From positions 544,001 to 608,000 of the forward strand of contig OY970195.1 of the NCBI GenBank assembly GCA_963708185.1: 64,000 bases of DNA, written 5' to 3'. The position numbers were made by a program, and so were the translations under genes. The stretch is from Candidatus Peregrinibacteria bacterium. GTDB lineage: Bacteria; Patescibacteriota; Gracilibacteria; UBA1369. Positions 1-10,798 of this stretch are shown here, in pieces; the stretch's first letter is position 1, and every line of letters begins with the position of its first letter. The notes beneath the pieces are model-generated. The model made no database searches, was not told where the DNA came from, and worked only from the letters and a program-made list of their open reading frames with translations.

Positions 1-2
1 AA

Positions 3-422
3 ATTCTTGAAATTAACATTGACGACGAAGCCGCTGCGCGGCTGGCGAGGTCCACCAGGCAGACACCGCGCATCGCCAACCGGCTCCTGCGACGCGTCCG
101 CGATTTTGCCGACGTCCATGGAAGAACGCGCATTGATTTGCAGACTGTGGAGGAAACGCTGGCGACTTTGCGTGTTGATGACCTCGGTCTGGATAAAACC
201 GACCGCGAAATTTTGAGAACGATCATCGAAAAGTTCCAGGGAGGCCCGGTGGGTTTGAACACTATTGCGGCCGCAACTTCAGAGGAAGAAGACACCGTGG
301 AAAGCGTCTACGAACCTTTTCTTTTAAAGCTCGGTTTCCTGGAGCGTACGCCTCGCGGCCGCATGGTGACCCGCAGAGGTTATGAGCATCTCGGCATCGT
401 TTATCAGGAAAGCAGAGATTAG
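3..422 (+). CDS. ruvB: Holliday junction branch migration helicase RuvB, C-terminal part (5' end outside window)
   Basis: Frame open from base 3: [22 protein letters not shown]...[11 protein letters not shown]...[18 protein letters not shown], the RuvB C-terminal signature. Confidence 0.95.
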   Translation: MLEINIDDEAAARLARSTRQTPRIANRLLRRVRDFADVHGRTRIDLQTVEETLATLRVDDLGLDKTDREILRTIIEKFQGGPVGLNTIAAATSEEEDTVESVYEPFLLKLGFLERTPRGRMVTRRGYEHLGIVYQESRD

Positions 423-509
423 TTTTTGCGAGAAAAGAAACAAGCTTAAAGTCAACTTGTTCTTTTTGAGTGATCCCCTAGAATAAAGATATTCATTAAT
501 TTTGACGTT

Positions 510-2000
510 ATGAAGAATTATCAGAAACTTTTTCCCGCGCTGATACTGGTTTCATTGTTGACGGTTTCAAGTTTGAGTGGATGTTCATTCTCACAAAATC
601 AACCAAAGGATCAAGGCAACATTGATCAGATACCCCTCGACCGGAGGATCGGAGTGCTGCAATCCCTGGGAGGCGTGGCCACCAACAATCAGGGGACGGA
701 TCTTTTGACGATGGATGACGGAACGACAATGCTGCTCAAGAGCGCGGCCATCAATCTCGATGACGCCAAATACGTCGGCAGAAAAGTCGAAGTCAGCGGT
801 GTCATTACCTACACCACCGACAGTAAACAGATCATGGAGGTTCAAAGCATCGACGTACTCGCCGAAACGGCCGTTGCTCCGCCGACCCAACAACAGGCTC
901 CGACCTGGCGCGATTACGTCAACGCAGGACTCGGCTTCCAGGTGAAGTATCGCGACGATTTCTCCGTTGATGAAAGCAATAACGTCATCACCTTCACCAG
1001 ACCCGTCAGTTCCGACGCCCACATCATGACGACCCAGGAAGTTGTTCCTACAACGATGGAAATGACACAGGCCCACATGATCAGCATCTCGGTTCAATCA
1101 CACGGGACTAATGAAACTCTGGCAAAAGACTTTCTCAATCTTTCCGATAGCCAACCAGCTACGTTGCTTGCCGCCGGATACAGCCAAAGCAAGATCGGTC
1201 TTGATGGGGTTGATGCCTACAAAAAGCTTACTTCCGATGGCGTCGTTTTTTCCTTCGATGACGGTGTGAGGTTTTACCAGGTCAGTTATCAGGGAGGAAA
1301 CGATTCGCAGTCCATCGACGACCAGAATGTGTTCTACGATTTCCTTGCTACTTTTCAGCTTTTAAATGGTTCTTCTTCAACGCAACAGGCTGTGGTTCCG
1401 AGCACCTACATTCCTTCCGTCCAGAGCCCTGCGCCATCGACTCCGACGTTGACCGTTCCAACAACCGCTACGACCGACACTTCACCGTCGAACGATTCGA
1501 TCAGTTCGGCCATGCAGTCTTCGAGCGAGGATTTTTCCTCATCAACTTCAGCGACGAACGATACGTCGACCTCAAATGACACATCGACATCAAATGATGC
1601 TTCAACGACCGTCCCACAGGTCAGTGACAGCAGCACCCAGGAACTTCTTCCGGGATACAGCTCCTTCACGAGCACCGGCTACAAGTTCACCGTCCAGTAT
1701 CCAAAGAGCTGGTACTACGGCCAGACCCAAGCCGAAGAAAGCGACGTCATCCGCCGCTATAACTTCGGATCACAGCCAATCGATGAACAAGCGGGCGACG
1801 TGAATATCGATATCGTTTCGGGGGGAGTCCCTTCAGGATCTTCCACCACCGTCGGTGACAAGTCTGTGGTAAAAACCAGCAGCGGAGGGACCGTTTCCTA
1901 TTATTATCAGGACGCGAACGGGCGTGTGTACCGCGTGAGCGGACCGGCAAGTGCGGACGCTTCCCTTCAAACAATGGTTCAGACTCTTCAGGAACAATAA
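510..2000 (+). CDS. Putative lipoprotein with Ser/Thr-rich linker and two PsbP-like (G-F-x-V-x-YP) domains
   Basis: Signal peptide with lipobox LSGC; WRDYVNAGLGFQVKY and FTSTGYKFTVQYPKSW motifs; S/T-rich spacer. Confidence 0.7.
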   Translation: MKNYQKLFPALILVSLLTVSSLSGCSFSQNQPKDQGNIDQIPLDRRIGVLQSLGGVATNNQGTDLLTMDDGTTMLLKSAAINLDDAKYVGRKVEVSGVITYTTDSKQIMEVQSIDVLAETAVAPPTQQQAPTWRDYVNAGLGFQVKYRDDFSVDESNNVITFTRPVSSDAHIMTTQEVVPTTMEMTQAHMISISVQSHGTNETLAKDFLNLSDSQPATLLAAGYSQSKIGLDGVDAYKKLTSDGVVFSFDDGVRFYQVSYQGGNDSQSIDDQNVFYDFLATFQLLNGSSSTQQAVVPSTYIPSVQSPAPSTPTLTVPTTATTDTSPSNDSISSAMQSSSEDFSSSTSATNDTSTSNDTSTSNDASTTVPQVSDSSTQELLPGYSSFTSTGYKFTVQYPKSWYYGQTQAEESDVIRRYNFGSQPIDEQAGDVNIDIVSGGVPSGSSTTVGDKSVVKTSSGGTVSYYYQDANGRVYRVSGPASADASLQTMVQTLQEQ

Positions 2001-2056
2001 TTTTGTTCACAATACAATTTTTCGCTTATTTCGCAGCAGTAATTGAGCGTGTATTC

Positions 2057-2097
2057 TTGACTTTTTTTCATTAGCACTCTAATATTGTAAGTGCTAA
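2057..2097 (+). promoter_or_regulatory. sigma70 promoter overlapped by CIRCE operator (HrcA site) upstream of clpC
   Basis: TTGACT (2057-2062)-N17-TAATAT (2080-2085); TTAGCACTC-N9-AAGTGCTAA at 2071-2097, one mismatch to CIRCE consensus. Confidence 0.88.
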
Positions 2098-2220
2098 TGT
2101 TACACATACCATATTTTTTTATACGTAAACACCAATTCGCAGAACAAAGTTCAAAATAGCTCTTTCTTATGCTAGAATAATTGGAAAACAACAAAAAATC
2201 TTAACAAACCCAATACAACT

Positions 2221-4887
2221 ATGAATGATAACCGATTCGAAAAGTTCACAAAAGAGGCGAAACAGGCGCTTGTTGTAGCGCAGGAAAAGGCAAGGGACTC
2301 CCAATTGAACTATGTAGGAACCGAGCATGTCCTTCTTGGTATCTTAAGCCAGGAGAATTCGCTCGGTGCTTCGATTTTGACCAGCTTCGGCGTTTCGCTT
2401 GAAAACGTGAACCTGGTTTTGAAGACCGTCGGTCGAATGACTCCGGTCAGCAACTCCTCCCAGAAAGGATGGGGCGGATTGAGCGGATTTGCCAAGAAGG
2501 TTATTGAAGACGCTGTCCGGGCGGCTCATGAGTTCAACCACTCCTATGTGGGAACCGAGCATTTGCTCTACGCACTCGTCTGCCAGGAAAATACGGCGGC
2601 GACCGTCATCCTGGAAAACATGAAGATCAACCCGCAGGACATCAAAGAACAACTTATCCAGACATTTGAAAAAGCCAAAGAGGCACATCGTGCCAATGCC
2701 GCCAACGGCGGTCAGGCCATGAACCCTCAAATGATGAATCCGATCGAATTTTTCCTGAGCGGACTTCACGGGGTACTCGTCGGCAACATGGAAAAAGAAC
2801 AGAATGCCTATCAGAAAACCCAGAAACAGGATCAAAAGGAAGAAAAACCCACCAAGACCCCGGCATTGGACTACTTTACGAGCGACCTGGTCGCCGAATG
2901 CCGCAACGGCAAACTCGGTCCGGTCATCGGCCGCAGCAAGGAGATCGATCGTGCCATCAGCATCCTCTGCCGCAAGACCAAGAACAATCCCGTCCTCATC
3001 GGTGAACCGGGCGTCGGGAAAACAGCGATCGCCGAAGGCCTCGCCCATGCCATCGTCAATGAACAGGTCCCAGACCATATGCTCGACAAGCGCATTCTTT
3101 CGCTTTCGATGAGTTCCGTGGTCGCAGGAACCAAATACCGCGGTGAGTTCGAAGAACGCATCAAGCAGATCATCGACGAGGCGGCTTCCGTCCATAACGT
3201 GATTCTCTTCATCGATGAACTCCACACCGTGATCGGTGCCGGCTCAGCCGAAGGAAGCCTCGACGCCGCCAACATCCTCAAGCCGGCGCTTTCACGCGGC
3301 CGCATCCAGGTCATAGGCGCCACGACGCTTTCAGAATACCGGAAGCATATTGAAACCGACGCCGCACTGGAACGCCGCTTCCAGCCGGTCAAGGTCGACG
3401 AACCGACCGAAGAAGATTCCCTCAAGATTCTTGAAGGTCTCCGCACCAGTTTCGAAGACCACCACAATCTGCTCATTACCGATGAAGCGTTGAAGGCAGC
3501 CGTTTCCCTTTCCAAACGCTACATCAACGACCGCTTCCTGCCCGACAAGGCCATCGATCTCATGGATGAAGCTTCTTCGGTCCGGCGCATCAAGAGCAAG
3601 GTCAATACGGATAAGATCCGCAAACTGCAGAAAGAACTCAGCAAAATCATCAAGTCCAAGGAGGAGTCCGTCGCGGCCCAGGATTACGAACACGCCGCCG
3701 AACTCCGCAACCGTGAACTTGAGCTGCTCAATGAGATCGAAGCGAGCAAGATCGTCAAAATCCCACGCGAGAAACGCGAAAAGGTGAATGAAGACGATAT
3801 CGCACGCATTGTTTCCCAGATGACGGGGGTTCCGGTGACACGCCTCGTCAAAGAAGATGTCCAGAACCTCATGAAGCTTGAAGACGCCTTGAAGAAACGT
3901 ATCGTTGGTCAGGACGACGCCGTGATTGCCGTTTCCAAAGCCATCCGCCGCGCCCGCGCCGGATTCAGCGACGTCAACAGACCGATCGGTTCATTCATTT
4001 TCCTCGGTCCCACCGGTGTCGGAAAAACCGAACTCGTCAAAGCTCTTGCCGAAGAAGTGTTCGGCGACAAGAACGCGCTCATCCGCATTGACATGAGTGA
4101 GTTCATGGAAAGACACAACACTTCACGTCTCGTCGGCGCCACCGCCGGCTACGTCGGCTATGAAGAAGGCGGCCAGCTCACCGAAGCCGTCCGCAGAAAA
4201 CCTTATTCCGTCATACTCTTCGATGAAATCGAAAAAGCTCATCCGGACGTCTTCAACCTGCTGCTGCAGATTCTTGAGGACGGCAAACTGACGGACAGCA
4301 AAGGCCGTTCCGTCGACTTCAAAAATACCATCATCGTCATGACGTCGAACATCGGCGCCAAGAAACTCACCGACAAGGCCGCCCCCATCGGGTTCAACGT
4401 CAGCGATAAGGACCTCGATAAGGCCGAAGAGAGATACAACCACGCCAAGGAGACCATTCTTGATGACCTCAAGGAGTATTTCCGTCCGGAATTCCTCAAC
4501 CGTATCGACAAGATCATCGTCTTCAACGCGCTCACCCATGAGATGATCAAAGAGATCGTCAAACTTCAGATCTCTTACCTCCAGGACCGCATCAAGGGCA
4601 AGGACATCAAGATCGACCTTACGTCTGCGGCGCTTGAGGCTCTCGCCAACTTGAGCTATGACCGCCAGTTCGGAGCACGTCTGGTACGACGCAAAGTCCA
4701 GGAAACAGTGGAAGATCCGCTGACGACGCGCTATCTTGAAGGAGAGTTCAAGGAAGGCGATACCGTCCAGATCGCCCAGAAAGATGAAGGGATCGAACTC
4801 AAAAAGACCACCCCTTCCGTCCTGGAAACGGGCAAAGCGACAAAACCTAAAAAAAGGACGAGAAAAACCACGAAATCCTCGTCCTGA
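2221..4887 (+). CDS. clpC: ATP-dependent Clp protease ATP-binding subunit ClpC
   Basis: Two Clp N-repeats (GTEH), Walker A GEPGVGKT and GPTGVGKT, short UVR middle domain, RIDMSEFME. Confidence 0.95.
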   Translation: MNDNRFEKFTKEAKQALVVAQEKARDSQLNYVGTEHVLLGILSQENSLGASILTSFGVSLENVNLVLKTVGRMTPVSNSSQKGWGGLSGFAKKVIEDAVRAAHEFNHSYVGTEHLLYALVCQENTAATVILENMKINPQDIKEQLIQTFEKAKEAHRANAANGGQAMNPQMMNPIEFFLSGLHGVLVGNMEKEQNAYQKTQKQDQKEEKPTKTPALDYFTSDLVAECRNGKLGPVIGRSKEIDRAISILCRKTKNNPVLIGEPGVGKTAIAEGLAHAIVNEQVPDHMLDKRILSLSMSSVVAGTKYRGEFEERIKQIIDEAASVHNVILFIDELHTVIGAGSAEGSLDAANILKPALSRGRIQVIGATTLSEYRKHIETDAALERRFQPVKVDEPTEEDSLKILEGLRTSFEDHHNLLITDEALKAAVSLSKRYINDRFLPDKAIDLMDEASSVRRIKSKVNTDKIRKLQKELSKIIKSKEESVAAQDYEHAAELRNRELELLNEIEASKIVKIPREKREKVNEDDIARIVSQMTGVPVTRLVKEDVQNLMKLEDALKKRIVGQDDAVIAVSKAIRRARAGFSDVNRPIGSFIFLGPTGVGKTELVKALAEEVFGDKNALIRIDMSEFMERHNTSRLVGATAGYVGYEEGGQLTEAVRRKPYSVILFDEIEKAHPDVFNLLLQILEDGKLTDSKGRSVDFKNTIIVMTSNIGAKKLTDKAAPIGFNVSDKDLDKAEERYNHAKETILDDLKEYFRPEFLNRIDKIIVFNALTHEMIKEIVKLQISYLQDRIKGKDIKIDLTSAALEALANLSYDRQFGARLVRRKVQETVEDPLTTRYLEGEFKEGDTVQIAQKDEGIELKKTTPSVLETGKATKPKKRTRKTTKSSS

Positions 4888-4892
4888 GAATA

Positions 4893-4921
4893 TTGACAAA
4901 GAATCCGGGAACCCTTACAAT
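4893..4921 (+). promoter_or_regulatory. sigma70 promoter of rpsA
   Basis: TTGACA-N17-TACAAT. Confidence 0.7.
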
Positions 4922-5016
4922 GCTTAGGCTTTTGTAAGGGCTTTTCTCAAAATCCCCAGCGAAGTCGGCCCCGCAGAAGCTTTATTTTCTAAGACTTTGC
5001 TGCGGTGTATTCATTT

Positions 5017-6309
5017 ATGCCAGCAACCCAGACCAGTTCCGGGAGTCTCATGGAGCAGCTGTTGAAAAACGCTCCGGACATTACCGCCCCAAAACCAGGT
5101 ACCCTGGTGGACGGAAAGGTTATCAGTATCTATAAGAACAAGGTTCTTGTGGATATTAACGGTGTCATGACCGGTATCATTTCCGGCCGCGAAGCCCGTG
5201 ACAGCCTCGATACACTCAAGAAGATCAAGGTTGGAGATACCATTTCCGCTTTCGTACTCGATGAAGAGGATGATGAAGGTTATATCGTACTTTCACTCCG
5301 CAAGGCCAGCCAGGAAAAGACCTGGAAGCGTTTTGAAGAGGCTTTTGAACGAGGCGATGTCATTACCGTTACCGCCAATGAAGCCAACAAAGGTGGTCTT
5401 CTGCTTGAAATCGACGGTATCAAAGGATTTATTCCGGTTTCTCAGCTTGCTCCTCTGCACTATCCACGCGTGAACGGCGCCGACACCAACATGATTTTAC
5501 AACGTCTTCAGCAGCTCGTCGGAACCAAGTTCCTCGTCAAGATCATCAACATCGATAAAGAGAACGGCAAACTGATCCTTTCCGAAAAAGCCGCCATGGA
5601 AGAACAGCGCAAGGTCGCTCTGGGAAGCCTGAAGGTCGGTCAGAAGGTCAAAGGTAAGATCAGCGGCATCGTCAAGTTCGGTATCTTCGTGGCCTTTGAC
5701 GGCCTTGAAGGTCTCGTCCATATTTCAGAAATCGCCTGGGGCCACGTGAAAGATCCTGCTGATTACGGCAAACTCGGCGACGACGTCGAAGTGCTCGTCA
5801 TCGGCATTGAAGGAGAAAAGATTTCCCTCTCCATGAAGAGACTCGTTGAAGATCCATGGCTCGAAGCAGCCAAAGCGTTCAAGATCGGCGACGTCATTGA
5901 AGGAGAGATCAACCGCCTCACTCCGTTCGGCGCGTTCATCAAACTCGGTGACGATATCAACGGCCTGATCCATCTGACCGAAATCACCGCTGACCCGATC
6001 AAAGATCCTGGTGAAGTGCTGAAGATCGGTGAAAAGGTCAAAGCCAAGGTCATTACCATTGAACCGACCGAACACCGCATCGGACTTTCCATCAAGGCTT
6101 TGAGTGAAGAACCGAAGAAGAAGATCAAGAAAGAAGCCGAAGAGGAAGCCAAGGCAGAGGAAGAAGAAAAAGCCAAGAAGAAGGCCAAGAAAACTGTAAA
6201 GGAAGAACCGGCCGAAGAGGAAGCGACAGAGGCGAAGAAAGAAAAGAAGGAGAAGAAAGAGAAGGCTGAAGCCGCGGAAGACGAAGCTCCGAAGAAAAAG
6301 AAAAAATAG
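5017..6309 (+). CDS. rpsA: 30S ribosomal protein S1 (four S1 domains, K/E-rich tail)
   Basis: S1 repeats NKGGLL..GFIPVSQL, FGIFV..GLVHISEI, FGAFI..GLIHLTEI. Confidence 0.92.
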   Translation: MPATQTSSGSLMEQLLKNAPDITAPKPGTLVDGKVISIYKNKVLVDINGVMTGIISGREARDSLDTLKKIKVGDTISAFVLDEEDDEGYIVLSLRKASQEKTWKRFEEAFERGDVITVTANEANKGGLLLEIDGIKGFIPVSQLAPLHYPRVNGADTNMILQRLQQLVGTKFLVKIINIDKENGKLILSEKAAMEEQRKVALGSLKVGQKVKGKISGIVKFGIFVAFDGLEGLVHISEIAWGHVKDPADYGKLGDDVEVLVIGIEGEKISLSMKRLVEDPWLEAAKAFKIGDVIEGEINRLTPFGAFIKLGDDINGLIHLTEITADPIKDPGEVLKIGEKVKAKVITIEPTEHRIGLSIKALSEEPKKKIKKEAEEEAKAEEEEKAKKKAKKTVKEEPAEEEATEAKKEKKEKKEKAEAAEDEAPKKKKK

Positions 6310-6350
6310 TCCGGAACAGTAAGGAAGATCCGGCCGAAATTGAAGTCATT

Positions 6351-6378
6351 AAAAGCCCCGCCTGCGGCGGGGCTTTTT
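6351..6378. terminator. Bidirectional intrinsic terminator
   Basis: AAAAGCCCCGCC-TGC-GGCGGGGCTTTTT between convergent genes. Confidence 0.85.
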
Positions 6379-6398
6379 TGTCATATCAAATTTCATTA

Positions 6399-8993
6399 TC
6401 AGGTCGTTTTGTCGTCGGATTGTGGATTTTTGGGTTCACCTACGACCGAAGCGATGATCCTGGCGTTGGTCGTTTTGTCGAAATGAAGATGGTCCGGTTT
6501 CTTTTTGCTGAGATCGTACTTATTGTCCATCTTGTCGGGGTCCGACGGATCGGCAAGGATTTCGTCGTAGGGAATGATGACGTCGGGAATGCCGTTTGCG
6601 TCGTGTGATTCCCGGATCATTTTGTTGATCTGTTTGCGTGTTTCGTTGAATTTTTCATAATTTGCACCAAAATATTCCCACCCCTTGAAGGGAGCAAGCG
6701 TTCCCGCGTAGATTTTGAGACCGTGTTTTTTACCGATCTCCCAGATCTGCTGCAGCGCGTTGAAAATACTTTCGGCACCGGCGCCGATTCCGTTCACTCC
6801 CGCAGTCACGACCATGTTTTTCATCTTGTCGATTTTTCCTGTTGCCTCATAGGCTTTTACCTTGGCAAGGAGCGCCGGTGCGCTTATGCCAACCTCGGCG
6901 ACATTATCCAAATCCCCGTCAACATTGATGGTTTCACGGTTAAAGGCGTTCACGGTGTTCGAGTCGCCGACAAATAGTGTTGATCCGTGAATGACGTATT
7001 CTGAAGCCTCCCTGTTTTCGAAAGGAGTTTTTTTCTGTTCGGGAGCCTGGGGAAGAGGCTGCGGTTTGTTTTCCGGGGGTGCCGGAGGCGCTTCGGGAGT
7101 CGGAAGCGGATAGTTTCCAGGGGCTGGTGGCATTTCTTCCCCGCCGCCTCCATAACTCGGAGCAGGCATCCCCCCACTGTACGAAGCCGCCGGGGCAAAC
7201 CCTCCCCCACCCGCATGATGATGCGGAGGAGCCGGCGGAAGCTCTTCTCCCTGCTGGGGAAGCTGAGGTCCCGTCGATGGTGCAAAAGGAAGCGCCTGGG
7301 GTTGGTTCGGAATGGCTGACGTCTCATTCCCGCTTTCTCCCTGAACCATGACGCCGACTCCCGGATGATCGACCGGCGCGCTGGAGTCCGGGCCGTGGAT
7401 TTGGAACTGTGCAAGGTATTTTTTCCCGTTGTATTCAAAAGGGACGATATCTCCGACTTTATACTGATCGCGGTGTTTCAGGAAATATCCCAGCATGACG
7501 TAAGCGAACGGGCCAATGACCTCTCCCCCGCTGGGTTTGTAGCCCTGCGTGTTTTCAACGCGGGATTCGTTGTTGAAGTCCATTTTCATCTGGTACTTGG
7601 TTCCCTTGAACTCCATAACCGCGATGTTGCCTTCGTCGGTATCGACGAAACGTACATGCCCGCCCGGTGCTCCGTGGGCAATGTTGTAATCGTACTCTTC
7701 GTTGGTTTTTCCTTTTTCAAGCTTATCATCGGAAACCGCGCTGAAAACCGGTGTCTGCGCGACTTCTTCCGGCTTGGAGGGTTTTTCTTCCGGTTCGCTC
7801 GGCGCTCCGGACATTTTGCGGATCGCGGCTACGCGCTCCTTCATCCAATCGGCATATTGATATTTATTTTCTTTCGGCAGTTGTCGAAAACCGAATGAAC
7901 CGGCAAGATCGGAATCCGACAGAACGTCCTGGAGTTTGACCGGCTTGCCGTCAAGGTAGACGACGCTCGATGTCAACTGGACGCTCTGGCTGTAATCGTC
8001 GTGATAAATGTCGTGCCCGACGCCCATGGGCTGGACAGTATTACCGTTGGCATAAATGCCGCCGTAGATTTCCAATCTGCTGCGAGCTTTTGTCTCCGGC
8101 TCCTGCTGGATGACCTGTTTGTAATATCCATACACGGATTTGTTGAAATCTATGCCGTGTTCCTGCGCATATTGGCGCGCCTTGTTATTATGAATTTCAA
8201 TGAACTGCGCTGACCGCATGTGTGCAGCATCTTCCCTGTTGAACACCTGTGGCGAAAACGGGATGAACTGTCCGCTTTTCTGGGCGTCTTCGTACATGCG
8301 ATCCACCATCCATTGGTTGGGAATGCTCGTTCCTGTGGCGTCGGCGATGGCCTGGGCCATGGGGCCGTTCATTGGAAACTCCATCGGATCGTCATCGGGG
8401 CCCAGACGAAACCCGCTCGGCGCAGCATACCATTCGAGTTTCCTGCCGTTCTTTTCTACGCTGACCTTATGGAAACCCTTGCGGTAGTTGTCGGGAACGT
8501 TGCCTTTGGCGAGCTGGTCAAGAATGAGCTGCTGGCGTTCCTCGTTGGATTTGCAATGTTCGAAAGCATCGCGGAGTTCTTTTCCGCTCATGGCGTCCTT
8601 GGCGCGTTCCGGAATGTGCGGACCGATTTTCGGTTTTTCTTTCTTCTCCTTCTTTTCTTTTTTTTCTTTGTCCCCTCCGTCCTCTTTATCTTCGCCGGGT
8701 TTTTTCTCCGGTTCACCCAGCTGGGCGCGGAGCGCCGAAAGGTCGCTTTTTGCTCCCGCAACAACCTCTTTGCGTTTCTCGCGGTTGGCTCTGGCTTTTT
8801 CCAGCGCTTCCGCACTTTCTTCGTCTGACATTTTCTCTCCGACGTTGATAAGCGAAATGCGTTTTTTTTGAGGCTCGTTTTTGGAATTTTCTTTTGGCGT
8901 TTCCTGGTTATGAAAAACATGTTTTCCGCGGGAGCCGCGGAAAGTTCCGTTTTGCAGATTCAGACAGGTTGTGAGGTAGATGAATTTTTTCAT
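6399..8993 (-). CDS. Multidomain protein with C-terminal SGNH/GDSL hydrolase domain
   Basis: 864 aa; FVGDSNT, TAGVNG, PDHLH blocks; Pro/Gly linker; charged N-terminus. Confidence 0.75.
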   Translation of the reverse strand: MKKFIYLTTCLNLQNGTFRGSRGKHVFHNQETPKENSKNEPQKKRISLINVGEKMSDEESAEALEKARANREKRKEVVAGAKSDLSALRAQLGEPEKKPGEDKEDGGDKEKKEKKEKKEKPKIGPHIPERAKDAMSGKELRDAFEHCKSNEERQQLILDQLAKGNVPDNYRKGFHKVSVEKNGRKLEWYAAPSGFRLGPDDDPMEFPMNGPMAQAIADATGTSIPNQWMVDRMYEDAQKSGQFIPFSPQVFNREDAAHMRSAQFIEIHNNKARQYAQEHGIDFNKSVYGYYKQVIQQEPETKARSRLEIYGGIYANGNTVQPMGVGHDIYHDDYSQSVQLTSSVVYLDGKPVKLQDVLSDSDLAGSFGFRQLPKENKYQYADWMKERVAAIRKMSGAPSEPEEKPSKPEEVAQTPVFSAVSDDKLEKGKTNEEYDYNIAHGAPGGHVRFVDTDEGNIAVMEFKGTKYQMKMDFNNESRVENTQGYKPSGGEVIGPFAYVMLGYFLKHRDQYKVGDIVPFEYNGKKYLAQFQIHGPDSSAPVDHPGVGVMVQGESGNETSAIPNQPQALPFAPSTGPQLPQQGEELPPAPPHHHAGGGGFAPAASYSGGMPAPSYGGGGEEMPPAPGNYPLPTPEAPPAPPENKPQPLPQAPEQKKTPFENREASEYVIHGSTLFVGDSNTVNAFNRETINVDGDLDNVAEVGISAPALLAKVKAYEATGKIDKMKNMVVTAGVNGIGAGAESIFNALQQIWEIGKKHGLKIYAGTLAPFKGWEYFGANYEKFNETRKQINKMIRESHDANGIPDVIIPYDEILADPSDPDKMDNKYDLSKKKPDHLHFDKTTNARIIASVVGEPKNPQSDDKTT

Positions 8994-8997
8994 GATG

Positions 8998-10719
8998 TTA
9001 GCTTACGAAACTTTCAAAATACACGTTGGGGACGTTTCCGTGGTAGGTGCTGCTGGTACGGATATCGATGCGGTCGTCATCGCTGCGCCAGACCGTATCT
9101 TTTCCTTCTTTTTCAGGGGCGACTCCCGGGAGCAGGGCCGACACCATCTGCCGGTTTTTGTCGGCGAGATGCGGGGTAAAAGTGCTGTGGAGTTTTTTGG
9201 ACGGATCGGACGCGAACCTGATGAACTCCTGGTTGGAGTTTCCGTACGCCGAGTCGAGGAGACCCAATGAAGCGATGCGATCGTACATGTCATGTGAGTG
9301 CAGGATATTCTGAACCGCGAAGTAACCGCCGCTGTGCGAAGCGATGGATATCTTCGCGTCCGCAACTCCGCTGACCTGGTCGGTCAAAGCCATAAGTCTG
9401 GAAAAAGATCCGGGTTGACGGAAATCCTGCCAGCCGCCGATCCTGTTTTCAGGGACCACAAGAATGACCGGATCTCCGGCTTCACGCATTTTCTGGACCT
9501 GCCCTTGGATCATTTTGAGACTGGACTCGATGCTTCCGCCGTTGCCGTGGAAGTAGACGACGACGCGCGGCTTTTTGTCTTTGTACTGTTCAAATTTCGG
9601 AACATTGATGTAGACCCGTTCCTTACCGAACTGGTAGATGGACTCTTTGGCTTCGGGATGTTCAACCTGCTGGAGCTGCTCCGGCTCCTTGGCTTCGTAG
9701 ACTTTTTCGTTCGGTTTGGGCGGTTTGACTTCAACACGTTTGCCGTTGACCGTTGTGTAACGGTAGCCGCTCGTCGGGCTGATGTCGTTTCCCAGTTCGG
9801 TGGGCGCCGCTTCGTCTTTGCGCCAGATGGTTCCGTTCATTTCGGTGTGGGCCTGTTGTTCTTTTTTCGCTTCGGCTTTTGCTTCGTCGCCGCCTTCGGG
9901 AACGGTGTCCAGCACGCCGATGGTGTATCCGCTGAAAATGGGGATGTACCCCTGCGCGTCAAAATAGCCCACGCGGCCGTTCTGGATCTGGCGCGTTCCG
10001 GTGCGCTGCTGTCCCTGCAGGTCGATGACGGTAATTCTGGTGACGCTCGGAGGAAGAATATCTCCGGCGCCAACGTAGTTTTCAAATTTATCATTTCCTT
10101 TGAGGTCCACCTTGAAGGTCAGACCGCTGCCGCGTTGTTCACCAAGAAACATACGGGACATTTTGGCCTTGTCCCACCCGCCCTGGAGGTTGTAAATGTT
10201 CTCGGCTTGGGCTTTTTGAAGATCGGTGTGGGTCTGCTTTTCGGAAGCTTCACGGACTTTTTCGTCCTGGCTGTATTTTTTCGCGACTTCATTCCAGTAT
10301 CCTCCAAGGTTTTTTTTCTGTTCTTCAAGTTTTTTGTCGGTTTTTCCCCTGAGCCATTCCGCCTTCTGGACGACTTCGCCTTTGGCGTTGCGCCAGACCA
10401 CGCCGTCTTTTTCTTTGGTGGCGGTAAGTTTTTCGTCGCGAAAGGCATACTCGGCTTTCTGCCCTTCCCGGCTCAGGCCGCGTTCAATGGCGAGCATCTC
10501 CTTCATGGGAGTTTCCACGCCGATTTCAAGACTCAGGTTGGCCAGTCGGGCTTTGGTGCCGAACCTTTCCACGGTCGTCACCTTTTCCGAAGGCTGTTGC
10601 GCTTCGGGCTCCGGCTGCTTTTCAACCTGGACCGACGGCTGTTCCGGAGCCTTCTGATACACGGGTCGTGAAGCCTTGAAAGTCCCTTGTTCCCAGCTGT
10701 AATTTTGTTTACAGTGCAT
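8998..10719 (-). CDS. Multidomain protein with C-terminal alpha/beta hydrolase domain
   Basis: 573 aa; VVVYFHGNGG, ASHSGG nucleophile elbow, LLDSAYG, terminal YHG. Confidence 0.7.
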   Translation of the reverse strand: MHCKQNYSWEQGTFKASRPVYQKAPEQPSVQVEKQPEPEAQQPSEKVTTVERFGTKARLANLSLEIGVETPMKEMLAIERGLSREGQKAEYAFRDEKLTATKEKDGVVWRNAKGEVVQKAEWLRGKTDKKLEEQKKNLGGYWNEVAKKYSQDEKVREASEKQTHTDLQKAQAENIYNLQGGWDKAKMSRMFLGEQRGSGLTFKVDLKGNDKFENYVGAGDILPPSVTRITVIDLQGQQRTGTRQIQNGRVGYFDAQGYIPIFSGYTIGVLDTVPEGGDEAKAEAKKEQQAHTEMNGTIWRKDEAAPTELGNDISPTSGYRYTTVNGKRVEVKPPKPNEKVYEAKEPEQLQQVEHPEAKESIYQFGKERVYINVPKFEQYKDKKPRVVVYFHGNGGSIESSLKMIQGQVQKMREAGDPVILVVPENRIGGWQDFRQPGSFSRLMALTDQVSGVADAKISIASHSGGYFAVQNILHSHDMYDRIASLGLLDSAYGNSNQEFIRFASDPSKKLHSTFTPHLADKNRQMVSALLPGVAPEKEGKDTVWRSDDDRIDIRTSSTYHGNVPNVYFESFVS

Positions 10720-10798
10720 ATGTGCGACTTTTTTGTTTTTAAAATCTTATAATTATAGCACAAATAAGCCAACTTTTGAATATTAAAGTGAATACCAA

